From an uncultured delta proteobacterium (GTDB lineage: Bacteria > Myxococcota_A > Polyangia > Polyangiales > Polyangiaceae): DNA of 64,000 nucleotides. Positions 39,878 to 50,388 of this stretch are shown here, piece after piece (positions within the stretch are counted from its first letter, which is position 1; each line of letters begins with the position of its first letter). The DNA is taken from contig CAWJCS010000006.1 of assembly GCA_963841435.1 (NCBI GenBank), positions 96,001-160,000 on the forward strand, written 5' to 3'. The position numbers were made by a program, and so were the translations under genes. Under the pieces are notes generated by a model, which saw only the letters and a program-made list of their open reading frames with translations, was not told the DNA's origin and searched no databases.

Positions 39878-42698
39878 TCACTGGCACAGGCCCGCGACGC
39901 ACGTGGGCGTGGTGCCCGAGCACGCGGCGCCCGAGTCCGTCCAGACGCCCATGTCCGAACAGACCTGCGGTTGGGCGCCGCTGCAGCCGAGGGACGCCGG
40001 GGTGCACTCGTAGCAGGCGTTCGCACTCTCGTCGCACATCGTCCCCGTGGCGCAGGTGGTGGAGACGAGGGTGTTGTTGTTGCAGGTGCGGAGCGACTGT
40101 CCGCTACAATTCGGGACGGCGCTGCTGTTCCAGTGGCCCGTGCCGTCGCACTGGCGCAGCGTGCCCTGCGAGCACGAGTAGGGCGTCTGTGACGCCACGC
40201 AGTCGTCGCACTCCTTGTTGGTCGCGTCGCACAGGGTGCAGGTCGAGGCGGTCGGAGTTGACGTGCCGCCCGAGCACGTGCGCAGCGTGTTGCCCGAGCA
40301 GACCGAGCTGGCCGTCACGAAGTGCCCGTTGGCGTCGCACGATCTTAGCGTGGTCCCGCTGCACGAGTACTCGCCGCTGACGCATTGGTCGCACTCGTGC
40401 CCGTTGGCGTCGCAGTGAGCGGCGTCCACGCAGGCCTGGGACGTGGTCCGGCTGCTCCCGTCCGTGCTGCAAATCTGCAGGTTCGCGCCGCTGCAGGAGT
40501 AGCTTCCCGGGCGGCACAGCGTGGCGCAGAAGTCACCCTTGCCGTCCTTCGGGACGCAGCCGTTCCCGCACAACGGGCCGGCGGGAAATTGGCCGTCGGA
40601 GTTGCACATGCTCAGGTTGTCGCCCTGGCAGAGCTTGTCGCCCGGGCGACAGATGCCGCACAAATCGTAGATGTCACGGTCAACGCAGAGGCTCGGGCAA
40701 ACCTGAACGAAATCGAGGCTCGAGCCGTCCGTGTTGCAGTGCGTGAGCGTCGTACCCGAACAGCGCCACTCCTGGCCGGCCATGCACACAGCGCAGGCGT
40801 CGTTCAGCCCATGGTCAACGCAGCCATACGGACATGCGGTGCCGTTGACGAGCGTCGACTGATCCGCACTGCAGCTCTGCAGCATGCTTCCGGGAGCCGT
40901 TCCGTTGCAGCGCGTTTCGTTCTTCTCGCAGGCGGGACAATAGTCGGGTTGGGAGCCCGGAAGCTCGAGACACCCCGCACAGGACCTTTCCTGCACCCAG
41001 GCCTTTCCGCCGGGTCCGCAGACGTGCAAGCCCAGATGGTCGGTGCGGCAGCGGATCTCGCCGTCGAGGTTACAGACGGCGCAATATCCATCCTTGTACC
41101 CGGGCGGCGTCCCGGGGTGACACAGATCCTCACTGCCGCAATCGGTTTCGAGCTGCCAAGCCTCGCGCCCCGGCGAACAGCGCTCGAGCACGGAGCCCGT
41201 GCATTGGTCCTCTCCCACGCCGCACAGGGGAAGGCCGCAACCGTTCTGATCCACGCCGTTTTCGCAGCTGTCGTTGGCGGCACATTCGCAGAGCGTGGCC
41301 GTCGCGCAGTCGGCCTGATGAACGGTCCCCTCCTGCGTGCAGCGCAAGAGCTCGGTCCCGTTGCAGAGTAGCTCCTTGGGACACTCGGTCTTGCACGGGT
41401 CGCCGTGATCGTCCGGGAAGCAGAACTCGCCCGCAGTGCAGAGCTCGAGGGGCTCGAAGCCGGTGAAATCGGCCTTGCAGCGCTCGACCTGGAGCGGGTT
41501 CCCCGGAGCGCAGCGCAACGGGAGCTCCATGTTCATATCGGGGCGGCACTGAGGCTCGTCGCAGCGCCCCGCAGCGGCGTTGCACAGCGCGGCGGACAGG
41601 CACGTGTCCGCGAGCATGAAGCCGTTCCGGCCCTCGTTGCAGACCTGGAGCTCGTTCGGTGTGACCTCGTTGCAGCGAAATTGTCCAGGCTCGCAAGTCG
41701 GCGCTTCGCACGTGTGGATCCAGCTGCCCTCCTGTGGGTCGGCATGACAGAGCGCCGCCGTCTCACACGTCCGTTCGGGGTCCCATGTCCCGCCCGCACC
41801 GCAGACCTCGAGCTCGGCCGAGTTGCAGCGATACGACCCCGGCATGCAAGGGGCGCCGCACTCACCTTTCGTCGAGTCGCACACGAGCTCGCGTTCCGCG
41901 CAGTCCTCACGCGGCTCCCACTCCGTGAGGCACGCCTCCAGCGCCGAGCCCACGCAACGGAAGCCTCCCGACGGCGAGCAGGGGTGCGGGCAATCCGGCA
42001 CCGTATCGGGCATGGCGGTCGCTATCGCGTTTTCGCACAGCTCCGGTGAGGCACAGTCCGTGATCTTCGTCTCGCCGTCACCGCCGTTCCGACAGCGCAA
42101 AAGGCTTGCTCCGTCGCAGGCGAGCTCCCCCGGCGTGCACGGCGGCGGTGGGCAGGCCGGTTCCGGGTCCAGCTGCGACATGAACCGCTCCACGGCCTGT
42201 TTGCAGAGCGCCGTGCTGCCGCAATCTGCGATCGCGATGTACTTGCCGTCCGGCCCGCAGATCTCGAGCTCGCTCGACGGCAAGGGCTCGGTCAACCTCG
42301 CGCCGCCGGACGGAGTGACGCACTCTACCTCGTTCGGCATGCAAGGACCACAACGCGTGTCGTTGCACACCTGGTCGCCGCAATCCTCGAGCGGGGCGAA
42401 GCGAGATTCGATCCGGGGCGCAGAGCTCGCGCATCGAGCCGTTGCAACGAAGCTCGTCGGGCTCACACTCGGTGCAGATCCCGAGCTCCGGGTTACACTG
42501 CTCGGCGGTCGGACAGGTTTCGATCAGGATCTTCTGGCCGTTCCTACAACCGAGCAAAAACTCGCCGTTGCAGGTGAGCGGACACTGCTCGATCGGGTCG
42601 AGCACCTCGAAGTCGCCGAGCACGAGCTGACACGCCGGCAGGAACATCGCGAGCGAAAGAAGGCAGCGCATCAAGCTCGGCAAGCGTTCGCGATTCAT
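39878..42698 (-). pseudogene. Large (about 940 aa) Cys-rich repeat lipoprotein; frameshift near 42407
   Basis: AAGGAGG RBS, lipobox LPAC, many C-x-PG-x3-C-x-G-x2-L-x2-C-x2-DG repeats; removing one base joins the two ORFs. Confidence 0.8.
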
Positions 42699-42968
42699 GT
42701 TCCCTCCTTTCGGTCGCCCGGCGGCCTCCCTCCCGACCTACCGACCGATCATCACGCAAAACCAATCCTACATAGACCTACACCCCGCTACCTCTCTCCT
42801 GGCGCCCTGGCAATGCGCAATGCTTCAACGAACGCGGCGCGGAAGCGGCGTTTTTCCGTATTCGTGGCCGTCAATTCTCGCTGCCCCGCGAGGGCGCCCG
42901 AGAACGCCGATTCGGCTCGTCTCGCGCTCGGTCGGCCCGGAGCGGCCGCCACGGAAGCTCGAGCCCGG

Positions 42969-44495
42969 TTAGCGCAGCAATTCGGCCGCCGCCCAGAGGA
43001 CGGGCGCTTGTCCGTGGCCGTCACCCGTGAGTCGGGTGAGCGCCATGTACTCCTGAGCGGTGGCCTTGTACCAGGTCCCGGTACAGATGCTGCTGACGTC
43101 GCCCTGCGGCGAGATCTTGGTCTGCAAGCCCGCCCATGCGGCCTGGATCGCCGGCACATAGGTCGGTGCATCGAGGATGCCGCGCCTGACTCCGGCGATC
43201 ATGGCGTAGGTGAACATGGCCGACCCCGAGCTCTCCTCCCAGTTGCTCGGGTCGTTCGGCATATCCAAGACTTGGTACCAGAGCCCGTTCGGCCCCTGAT
43301 ACGTCAGAAGCCCCGCCATCATCTTCTTGTACCCAGCTTCAATCGTCGCGTAGTCAGCCGAGCTCGTCGGGAGGTCTCGCATCATCTCGGCCATCCCCGA
43401 CGCGAACCAGCCGTTGCCGCGGCCCCAGTGAACCGGCGCCTGGGTCACGTTGTGGAAAAAGAGCCCGTTGGGCTGCTGCGCCTTGAGGTACTGCACCATC
43501 GTCTTGGACATGAAGTCCAGGTACTTGGTGTCCTTCGTCGCGCGATAGGCCTGGACCTGAAGACCCGTCATCATGAACATGTCGTCGATGGCGTCACGGG
43601 TCTGATTGGTGACCTGCTGATTGTCCGCTACCTGCGTCCCGAGCGGCAGGTAACTTGCGTCGCCGGTCTGGAGGTAGATCTCGAGCGGCACCATTCCGAA
43701 GATGTAACGATCGACGTGCGCATCGCCGCCGAGCATGGCACTGACGAAGCTTGCCTTGAGCGGATCGAACTTGGTCACCAGGGTGTTCAAGAGGGTCTGG
43801 TTGGCGGTCAGCTTCGCAACGCCGAGCGAGCCGTACCACTCACACGCCGTCTTGTAGCCGTCGCCGGGAAGGTTCGCGACGGTGCTGAACGAAAGCGCCT
43901 GCTTGCTGAAGCGCTGCGCCAAGAGCAGGCCTATCGTTTCGGCCGAGGGGACGAGGTCGGCAAGTGGATTCACCGCGGCGCCGCCTGCGCCGCCTGCGCC
44001 GCTTGCGCCGCTTGCGCCGCCTGCCGCCATGCCGCCCGCACCCGAGCTGTCGCCGCCCATACCTGCCCCTGCCATGGTACCGCCCGCGCCGCCGAGTCCC
44101 GCGCCGCCATCGCCGGCGCCGCCGCTTCCACCGACGGCACTCGTTCCACCGTCGCTCTGACCACCCGCACCCGCACCACCGCCTGGCACACCGCCCGCGC
44201 CGCCGGTTTGCACGGCTCCCCCCGCGCCACCAGCTTGCGCGCCCGCGCCGCCGCCCACAGGCGCCGTCCCTGCACTGCCGCCCGGCGCGGCTGCACCCGC
44301 GCCGGCGCTGCTACCGCCGGCTCCGCCGAGTCCCGCGCCCGAAGCTGAAGAGCCTGCCGCCGCCGCCGGCTCGTCGGGCTTTTCCTGGCCGCAGCCCAGG
44401 GGGAACGTCATCAAACCGAGGACGGAAAAGGGGACGACGAACCGGACAATCAGGCTGTGGCTCATGTGGCGGCGGATGAAGCTTCCAACGCTCAT
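42969..44495 (-). CDS. GH105 unsaturated rhamnogalacturonyl hydrolase lipoprotein
   Basis: IDDMFM, WGRGNGW, GLWYQVLD, ESSGSAMF; lipobox PLGC. Confidence 0.9.
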   Translation of the reverse strand: MSVGSFIRRHMSHSLIVRFVVPFSVLGLMTFPLGCGQEKPDEPAAAAGSSASGAGLGGAGGSSAGAGAAAPGGSAGTAPVGGGAGAQAGGAGGAVQTGGAGGVPGGGAGAGGQSDGGTSAVGGSGGAGDGGAGLGGAGGTMAGAGMGGDSSGAGGMAAGGASGASGAGGAGGAAVNPLADLVPSAETIGLLLAQRFSKQALSFSTVANLPGDGYKTACEWYGSLGVAKLTANQTLLNTLVTKFDPLKASFVSAMLGGDAHVDRYIFGMVPLEIYLQTGDASYLPLGTQVADNQQVTNQTRDAIDDMFMMTGLQVQAYRATKDTKYLDFMSKTMVQYLKAQQPNGLFFHNVTQAPVHWGRGNGWFASGMAEMMRDLPTSSADYATIEAGYKKMMAGLLTYQGPNGLWYQVLDMPNDPSNWEESSGSAMFTYAMIAGVRRGILDAPTYVPAIQAAWAGLQTKISPQGDVSSICTGTWYKATAQEYMALTRLTGDGHGQAPVLWAAAELLR

Positions 44496-44939
44496 ATCGG
44501 TGAAACCTTTCAAGCTGGCCCTGCAGCGCTCGAGCTAAGACCGCGGCGAAGGCTCATTCCCGCAGGCGCCGCCCCTTGATCGCTTCGCGAGGGCGGGGCT
44601 GCTGCAACGGCACCTCCTCGCGGCGTCGCGCCGCTCCGTCGTACGTAAAAACACGGACTCCGAGACGCATCTCGCATTTCAGGCTCCGCGGCGGGCGCTC
44701 GGATCCACTCCGGCGCTCGTCGCCGAAGCTCTTCCGGGTTCCTTGGAATCTGGTGCTGGGAACGCAAGCAAAGGATCTTTGAACCGACTTCGGGAGTCGC
44801 AACCACCATGGCACCGGCGTACATTGCACGACAGCGCCCCACTCTGGGTACTAGCTCGCCCCCGCTTTCCCCGGGGGCGCCCCCTAGGCCCACGCGCGGC
44901 CATTGCTCAACGCCCTACGGGTTCGGAGGAATCAGCACC

Positions 44940-47006
44940 ATGTCGAATCGAAACGCGCCCGCTGTGGGGGTCGCGCTCGGGTTGTTGGCGTCGTGGATCG
45001 TGAGCTGCAACGGGAACGGACCGATCGAGGTCCCGCGCAGTCAGCTGGCATCGGCGGGCGGAGCAGGGGGAGCCGCGGCTGGGCAGACCATGACCGCTGG
45101 CGGCTCGGCCGGCGCGGGAGGATCGAGTGGCTCCGGCAGCCCGATCGCTGGCCAGCCCCCGGTGATCGTGATGACGGACGCCGGGCCGGACGATGCCTGC
45201 GATCCGCTCTCGTGCACGCCGCCGGGCGGACAGTACTGCGGGACCGTGGGCAACGGTTGTCTGGGCACCATGGAGTGTCCGGCGTGCACGGGAGACTGGG
45301 TCTGCGATGACGGCCTCTGCAAAGGCGGGCCGAGCTGCACGGCGCGCACGAGCTGTGCGGCGGGCGACACCGCGTATTGCGGCGTGGTCGGCGACGACTG
45401 CGGTGGCGCGCTCGACTGCGGAGACTGCGCGGCGCCTGCCACCTGCGGAGGCAGGGGCGCTCCCGGCGTGTGTGGCGACCCCGCGTGCGCTCCGATCTCG
45501 TGTGAGCTTCCGGTCGGAAAGTATTGTGGGATGGTGGGCGACGGCTGCGGCGGCGCGCTCGACTGTGGCGATTGCCCGGGCGGCGACGTGTGTGGCGGCG
45601 ACGGCATCTCGGGCGTGTGCCCCGGGAGCAGCATCGGCGTCGCGTGCACCGGCATCCAGTGCAACGTCGAACAGTGCGCTACCCCGGACGTGAAGACCAC
45701 CGTGAGCGGCGTCGTGTACGATCCCGCGGGGGTCAATCCGCTCTACAACGTGTGGGTCTACGTCCCGAACGAGCCGCTAGAGGACATCCCCACGGGCGCA
45801 ACCTGCGAGCGCTGCCTCGCGAACCTGACTGGCGCACCGATCGCGATCGCCCTCACCGATTCGTCGGGGCACTTCACTCTCGAGGGTGTTCCGACCGGGC
45901 AGAACATCCCGATCGTGATGCAGGTGGGGCGTTGGCGCCGCCAGGTGACGCTACCGGAGGTCGTGGGGTGCACCGACAACCCGGTGAACGACCCCGAGCT
46001 CATGCGCCTGCCGCGGAACCAGCAGGAGGGGCACATTCCGCTGATTGCGATCACGACGGGCAGGTCCGACGCCCTCGAGTGCATCATCCCGCGCATCGGC
46101 CTCGATCGCGAGGAGGTGACGACGGACACTGGTGGCGGTCGCGTGCACCTCTACGCCGGAGGCGGCACGACCATGGGGGGCAGGAGCGGTCCCGGGGCGA
46201 CCAGTATGACCCCCGGTGGCAACCTGACCCCGGCCACCGATCTCTGGGCGGACCCGATGAAGATGCGCGGGTACGACATCGTGATGTACTCGTGCGAGGG
46301 CGACGAGCTCGGGCAAGTCAAGGACCCCTACCTCGGGAACTTGCAAGACTACGCGGACAACGGTGGCCGCGCGTTTCTCACGCACTATCACTACTACTGG
46401 CTGAACCACGGCTCGCCCGCGTTCCAGGGCACGGCTGACTACAGCCCCGGCGGCCAGAACCCACCAGACCCGTCGATCGGCATCATCAATACCGGGTTTC
46501 CGAAGGGCGTGGCCCTGGCCGATTGGCTCGTTCTCGTCGGGGCGACGCCCACGCGCGGCGAGCTTTCGATCTACCAGCCCCGCGCGTCCATCAGGACGGC
46601 CACTGCGCCCACGCAGGACTGGATCTCCATTCCGACGAACCCGAGCGACATGGACAACCCCGCGCTCCAGTACATGACGTTCAACACGCCCGTGGGCACG
46701 CCGGCCGAGGACCAGTGCGGGCGCGTCGTCGATACCGACGTTCACATCGGCGCGGCGGTAGACGATGGCGGCACGATGCAGGGCGGCGACACGTCCGACC
46801 CGAACACGCCCTACCCGGGCGGCTGTCGGGACACGCCGATGTCGCCGCAAATCAAGGCCCTCGAGTTCATCTTCTTCGACCTGTCGAGCTGCGTTCAGCC
46901 CGACACGATGATGCCCGAGCCACCTCCTCCGCCGCCGGCCGCGGGCGCGCCACCCCCTCCGGTGCCGGTCCCGCCGCCGCCGCCCCCTCCGCCGCCTCCG
47001 CACTGA
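44940..47006 (+). CDS. Cys-rich lipoprotein with carboxypeptidase-regulatory-like domain and poly-Pro tail
   Basis: Three CG-x-VG-x2-C-x-G-x3-C repeats; TVSGVVYDPAG, GRWRRQV, KALEFIFFDLSSC; GGAGG RBS. Confidence 0.85.
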   Translation: MSNRNAPAVGVALGLLASWIVSCNGNGPIEVPRSQLASAGGAGGAAAGQTMTAGGSAGAGGSSGSGSPIAGQPPVIVMTDAGPDDACDPLSCTPPGGQYCGTVGNGCLGTMECPACTGDWVCDDGLCKGGPSCTARTSCAAGDTAYCGVVGDDCGGALDCGDCAAPATCGGRGAPGVCGDPACAPISCELPVGKYCGMVGDGCGGALDCGDCPGGDVCGGDGISGVCPGSSIGVACTGIQCNVEQCATPDVKTTVSGVVYDPAGVNPLYNVWVYVPNEPLEDIPTGATCERCLANLTGAPIAIALTDSSGHFTLEGVPTGQNIPIVMQVGRWRRQVTLPEVVGCTDNPVNDPELMRLPRNQQEGHIPLIAITTGRSDALECIIPRIGLDREEVTTDTGGGRVHLYAGGGTTMGGRSGPGATSMTPGGNLTPATDLWADPMKMRGYDIVMYSCEGDELGQVKDPYLGNLQDYADNGGRAFLTHYHYYWLNHGSPAFQGTADYSPGGQNPPDPSIGIINTGFPKGVALADWLVLVGATPTRGELSIYQPRASIRTATAPTQDWISIPTNPSDMDNPALQYMTFNTPVGTPAEDQCGRVVDTDVHIGAAVDDGGTMQGGDTSDPNTPYPGGCRDTPMSPQIKALEFIFFDLSSCVQPDTMMPEPPPPPPAAGAPPPPVPVPPPPPPPPPPH

Positions 47007-47169
47007 GCGCGCGGCGCCGGCGAAGACCGGTTTGGCAGGCGTCCGCCGTTTACGCTCGTCGCTTGCGACCGGCCGGCGCAGTCGCCCGAGCGCGTCTTGT
47101 CTCCCGAGGCGAGGCGCGGCATGCCGTGACTGAACGGCGGCTGCCCGCGCAACCAGAAAAGGGTCGTTC

Positions 47170-48705
47170 GTGCGCTACCCCCTCCGACTCGCTCCGTCCT
47201 TGCTCGTCGTCCTCGCCCTGGGCTGCGGCTCAGAAACGCCGTCGCGGTCGCCAGGCGGCGGTTCCGGCGACGGTGGCCAGGCAGGGACGGTGGCGGCCGG
47301 CGGCGCGGGTCTCGGCGGCACGGGCGGCGCCGACACGGGTGGTGCCGGCGCCGGTGGGGCGGGCGGCGCTTTCGCGGGTGTGAGCGGCGGCGGGGCGAGC
47401 GCCGGTGTGGGCGGCAGTCTCGCCGGGACGGGCGGCGAAGGCGCGGGAGCGGGTGCCGCCTCGGGCACGAGCGGCGCGGGCAACGGCGGCTCGGCCGATG
47501 GCGGCTCGAGCGCGGGAACCGCGCCCGGTGGCAATGGTGGTGACTCGGGCAGTGCCGGGGTAGCGCCGGGCGGCGCGGGAGCAGGTGGTGCGGGAGCAGG
47601 TGGTGGCGGCGGCGCGGGCGGTGGCGGTGTGGTGACGGGCTTGCCACCGAAGAGCGAGATCCTCGACGCGATGCGCCTCGCGAACGGCTACTTCATGAAC
47701 AAGTGGCCGGACCCCGGCAAGGACATCGTCACCGACCAGACGCGACCGAGCAACATCTGGACGCGGGCCGTGTACTACGAGGGCGTGATGGGTCTCTACG
47801 CCGTGGATCCCAATCAGAGCCTGCTCGATTACGCCGTGAGCTGGGGGGAGAGCCACAACTGGGGACTGCGCAGCGGGACGACCACGCGCAATGCAGACGA
47901 TCAGTGCGCGGGACAGACGTACATCGACCTTTATCGCATCGATGCCCAGCCGCAGCGCATCGCCGCCATCGCCGCGAGCCTCGATGCCATGGTGAACAGC
48001 TCGGGCGTCGCCGACTGGACGTGGATCGACGCCATCCAGATGTCGATGCCGGTTTTCGCGAAGCTCGGCGCGCTCCGTTCGGACTCGGCCTACTTCGACA
48101 AAGCCTACGCCCTTTACGAGTATGCCAAGACGTCGCAAGGCGCGAACGGACTCTATAGCGGCACCGATCACCTGTGGTGGCGCGACGGCGACTTCGACCC
48201 TCCCTACACCGAGCCGAACGGCAAGAGCTGCTACTGGTCGCGCGGCAACGGTTGGGTCTACGCGGCGCTCGTCCGGGTGCTGGATGCCATCCCCGCAACC
48301 GAGACCCATCGCAACGAATACCTTGGCGACTTTCGCGCGATGTCGGATGCGCTCCTCGCGGTGCAACGCACCGACGGCTTCTGGAACGTCAGCCTGTTCG
48401 ACCCGACGCATCTCGGCGGCAAGGAGCTGAGCGGCACGGCGCTCTTCACCTACGGCATGGCCTGGGGCGTGCGCCAGGGCATCCTGGACGCCGGGACTTT
48501 CGGACCGAGCATCGCGCTCGCCTGGAACGCGATGGTCAGCGACGCGCTGCACACGGACGGGAAGCTTGGCTACGTGCAGGGCACCGGCAAGCAACCGTCG
48601 GACGGCCAGCCCGTCACCTTCGACAGCACGCCGGATTTCGAAGACTACGGGCTCGGCTGCTTCCTTCTCGCCGGCAGCGAGAGCGCGAAGCTGGCCCCGC
48701 CCTGA
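47170..48705 (+). CDS. GH105/GH88 glycoside hydrolase lipoprotein
   Basis: WTRAVYYEG, ADDQCAG, WTWIDAIQM, YWSRGNGW, ELSGTALF. Confidence 0.9.
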   Translation: MRYPLRLAPSLLVVLALGCGSETPSRSPGGGSGDGGQAGTVAAGGAGLGGTGGADTGGAGAGGAGGAFAGVSGGGASAGVGGSLAGTGGEGAGAGAASGTSGAGNGGSADGGSSAGTAPGGNGGDSGSAGVAPGGAGAGGAGAGGGGGAGGGGVVTGLPPKSEILDAMRLANGYFMNKWPDPGKDIVTDQTRPSNIWTRAVYYEGVMGLYAVDPNQSLLDYAVSWGESHNWGLRSGTTTRNADDQCAGQTYIDLYRIDAQPQRIAAIAASLDAMVNSSGVADWTWIDAIQMSMPVFAKLGALRSDSAYFDKAYALYEYAKTSQGANGLYSGTDHLWWRDGDFDPPYTEPNGKSCYWSRGNGWVYAALVRVLDAIPATETHRNEYLGDFRAMSDALLAVQRTDGFWNVSLFDPTHLGGKELSGTALFTYGMAWGVRQGILDAGTFGPSIALAWNAMVSDALHTDGKLGYVQGTGKQPSDGQPVTFDSTPDFEDYGLGCFLLAGSESAKLAPP

Positions 48706-48810
48706 TAGCGGGGCTGGCTCCGCATCCCGGGGCGCGCTCTCGGGACGCCAGGCAGGCTCCCCTGCGTGGAAAGTTGAGCGATCCCGAGCGCGGGGATTCA
48801 CTGACTTTCC

Positions 48811-50373
48811 ATGAGGCGCCGAGCTCCCGCTCGTTTCGTCGTCAGCGCGGCCCTCGTGCTGCCGCTTATCGTCGGCTGTTCCGGAACGGCGGACACTAAC
48901 CACCCCGGCGGAACGGTCGGCGGCAGCGGAGGCACCGCCGCCACCGGAGGCGTCTCCGCCACCGGCGGGTCCACACCAGGCGGGGCCGGAGCCACGGCCG
49001 CGACCGGCGGCACGAGCACGGGCGGTGTGAGCACGGGTGGCGCAAGCACGGGCGGCGCGAGCGGTGCCACGATGACGGGGGGCTCGGCCGGGACGTCGGG
49101 CGCAGGGGGCGGCATCGTCGCAGGTGCCGGTGGCGCGGATGCGGGAAGCGGCGGCACCGATCCAGGCGGGACGGCGGGGATGGGCGGAATGGCGGGCAGC
49201 ATGGGCGGCGCCGCGGGAGCGGGCGTCGCGGGGAGCTTCGTCGGCGGCGGCATGGGCGGCGCAACGATGGTGGAGCCGCTCGACTGCGGCGGGAATGGTA
49301 CCGCGGTCGAGAATCACGGGCCGCCGTCGAACCGGCTGAACTACGTCATCGTCGGCGACGGTTACAGCGCGTCGGATCTCATGCCGGGCGGTGCGCTCGA
49401 TCAGCACATCGAGGCCGCGATGACGAAGCGCTTCAGTGAGCCCGTCGGTCAGCCCTACCTCAGGTATCGAAATTTCATCAACATCTGCGTGCTCAGGATC
49501 CCCTCGAGCCCCATCTGCGGCTCGAGCGAGTTCGGTTGCTGCGGCGACGATCAGAGTAGGCTCGCGAACTGCAACACACAGTCCGTCAATAGCGCGATCA
49601 GCGCGAACCTACCGGCAAGCTTCGAGGTCGACTGGCGCGCGGTCGTGCTGAACGGCTCGAGCTGGTGGAACTCCGGCGGGACCACGATGATGTGGTCGGG
49701 CGGCAACGCCGACGCGGGGGGCGCGGCGCTCCACGAAGGCGGCCACGGCTTCAACTCCGTCTCCGACGAGTACGGCAACTGCGAGCAAAGCCGCGTTTCG
49801 CGTGAAGCGACCTACGGCGTCAACGTGAGCCTCAACGGTCAGTCGAGCGGGGACAAGTGGGACGGCTGGCTCGGGTACGACCAGAGCCCCGGTACGGGGA
49901 TGCAGGGTTTCTTCGCGTGCGACGGCAACGCAACCTGGCGGCCGAGCAGCAACTCGATGATGAACAGCCTGTTCGGCACCAACCCGAACACCTCCTACAA
50001 CCCCGTCACGCGCGAGAAGATCATCATGGACATCTGGCGCGTCGTGATGACCCCGTACGACTCGCTGACTCCACCGGCAGGCCCCGTAACGAACCCGACG
50101 GCACTCACCGTGAACGTCATCGATCCCGCCGTCATCAGCGTCGACTGGTCGCTCGACGGAAACGTCGTCGCCCAAGACGGCGGCCCCACCTACGACATCG
50201 GGGCCGCGAATCTCGCGCCGGGCATGCACACCGTGACGGCCCGCGCCTACGACAACGCCGGCCCGGATCTCGTCAAGCAGGTCCCTGGCACGACCTTCAA
50301 CCGCCAGTACTGGGGCTCGGGCGCGATGGGTCACTCGGACAAGACCGTGACCTGGACCGTCACGATCCAGTAG
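48811..50373 (+). CDS. M64-family metallopeptidase lipoprotein
   Basis: VIVGDGY, HEGGH...DEY zinc motif, WRPSSNSMM. Confidence 0.85.
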   Translation: MRRRAPARFVVSAALVLPLIVGCSGTADTNHPGGTVGGSGGTAATGGVSATGGSTPGGAGATAATGGTSTGGVSTGGASTGGASGATMTGGSAGTSGAGGGIVAGAGGADAGSGGTDPGGTAGMGGMAGSMGGAAGAGVAGSFVGGGMGGATMVEPLDCGGNGTAVENHGPPSNRLNYVIVGDGYSASDLMPGGALDQHIEAAMTKRFSEPVGQPYLRYRNFINICVLRIPSSPICGSSEFGCCGDDQSRLANCNTQSVNSAISANLPASFEVDWRAVVLNGSSWWNSGGTTMMWSGGNADAGGAALHEGGHGFNSVSDEYGNCEQSRVSREATYGVNVSLNGQSSGDKWDGWLGYDQSPGTGMQGFFACDGNATWRPSSNSMMNSLFGTNPNTSYNPVTREKIIMDIWRVVMTPYDSLTPPAGPVTNPTALTVNVIDPAVISVDWSLDGNVVAQDGGPTYDIGAANLAPGMHTVTARAYDNAGPDLVKQVPGTTFNRQYWGSGAMGHSDKTVTWTVTIQ

Positions 50374-50388
50374 GTAGGGTTCCTCGCC

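Noticed and set aside
44789-44808. TGGCAC...TTGCA as a sigma54 promoter
   Set aside because: GG-to-GC spacing is 14 nt, not 10
8989-47155. CGCAACC near several starts (8989, 37935, 39807, 44777, 47146) as a shared ECF -35 element
   Set aside because: Distances to starts are inconsistent, there is no common -10, and most tethered genes lack it
8395-49253. Many Pro/Ala-rich ORFs (e.g. 8395-8982, 11590-12261, 25689-26330, 35003-35548)
   Set aside because: Antisense shadows of the Gly-rich linkers (GGC read as GCC/CCG)
41823-49407. Very long alternative-frame ORFs (41823-44348, 47230-49407)
   Set aside because: Overlap motif-supported genes on the opposite strand; stop-codon scarcity at high GC explains them
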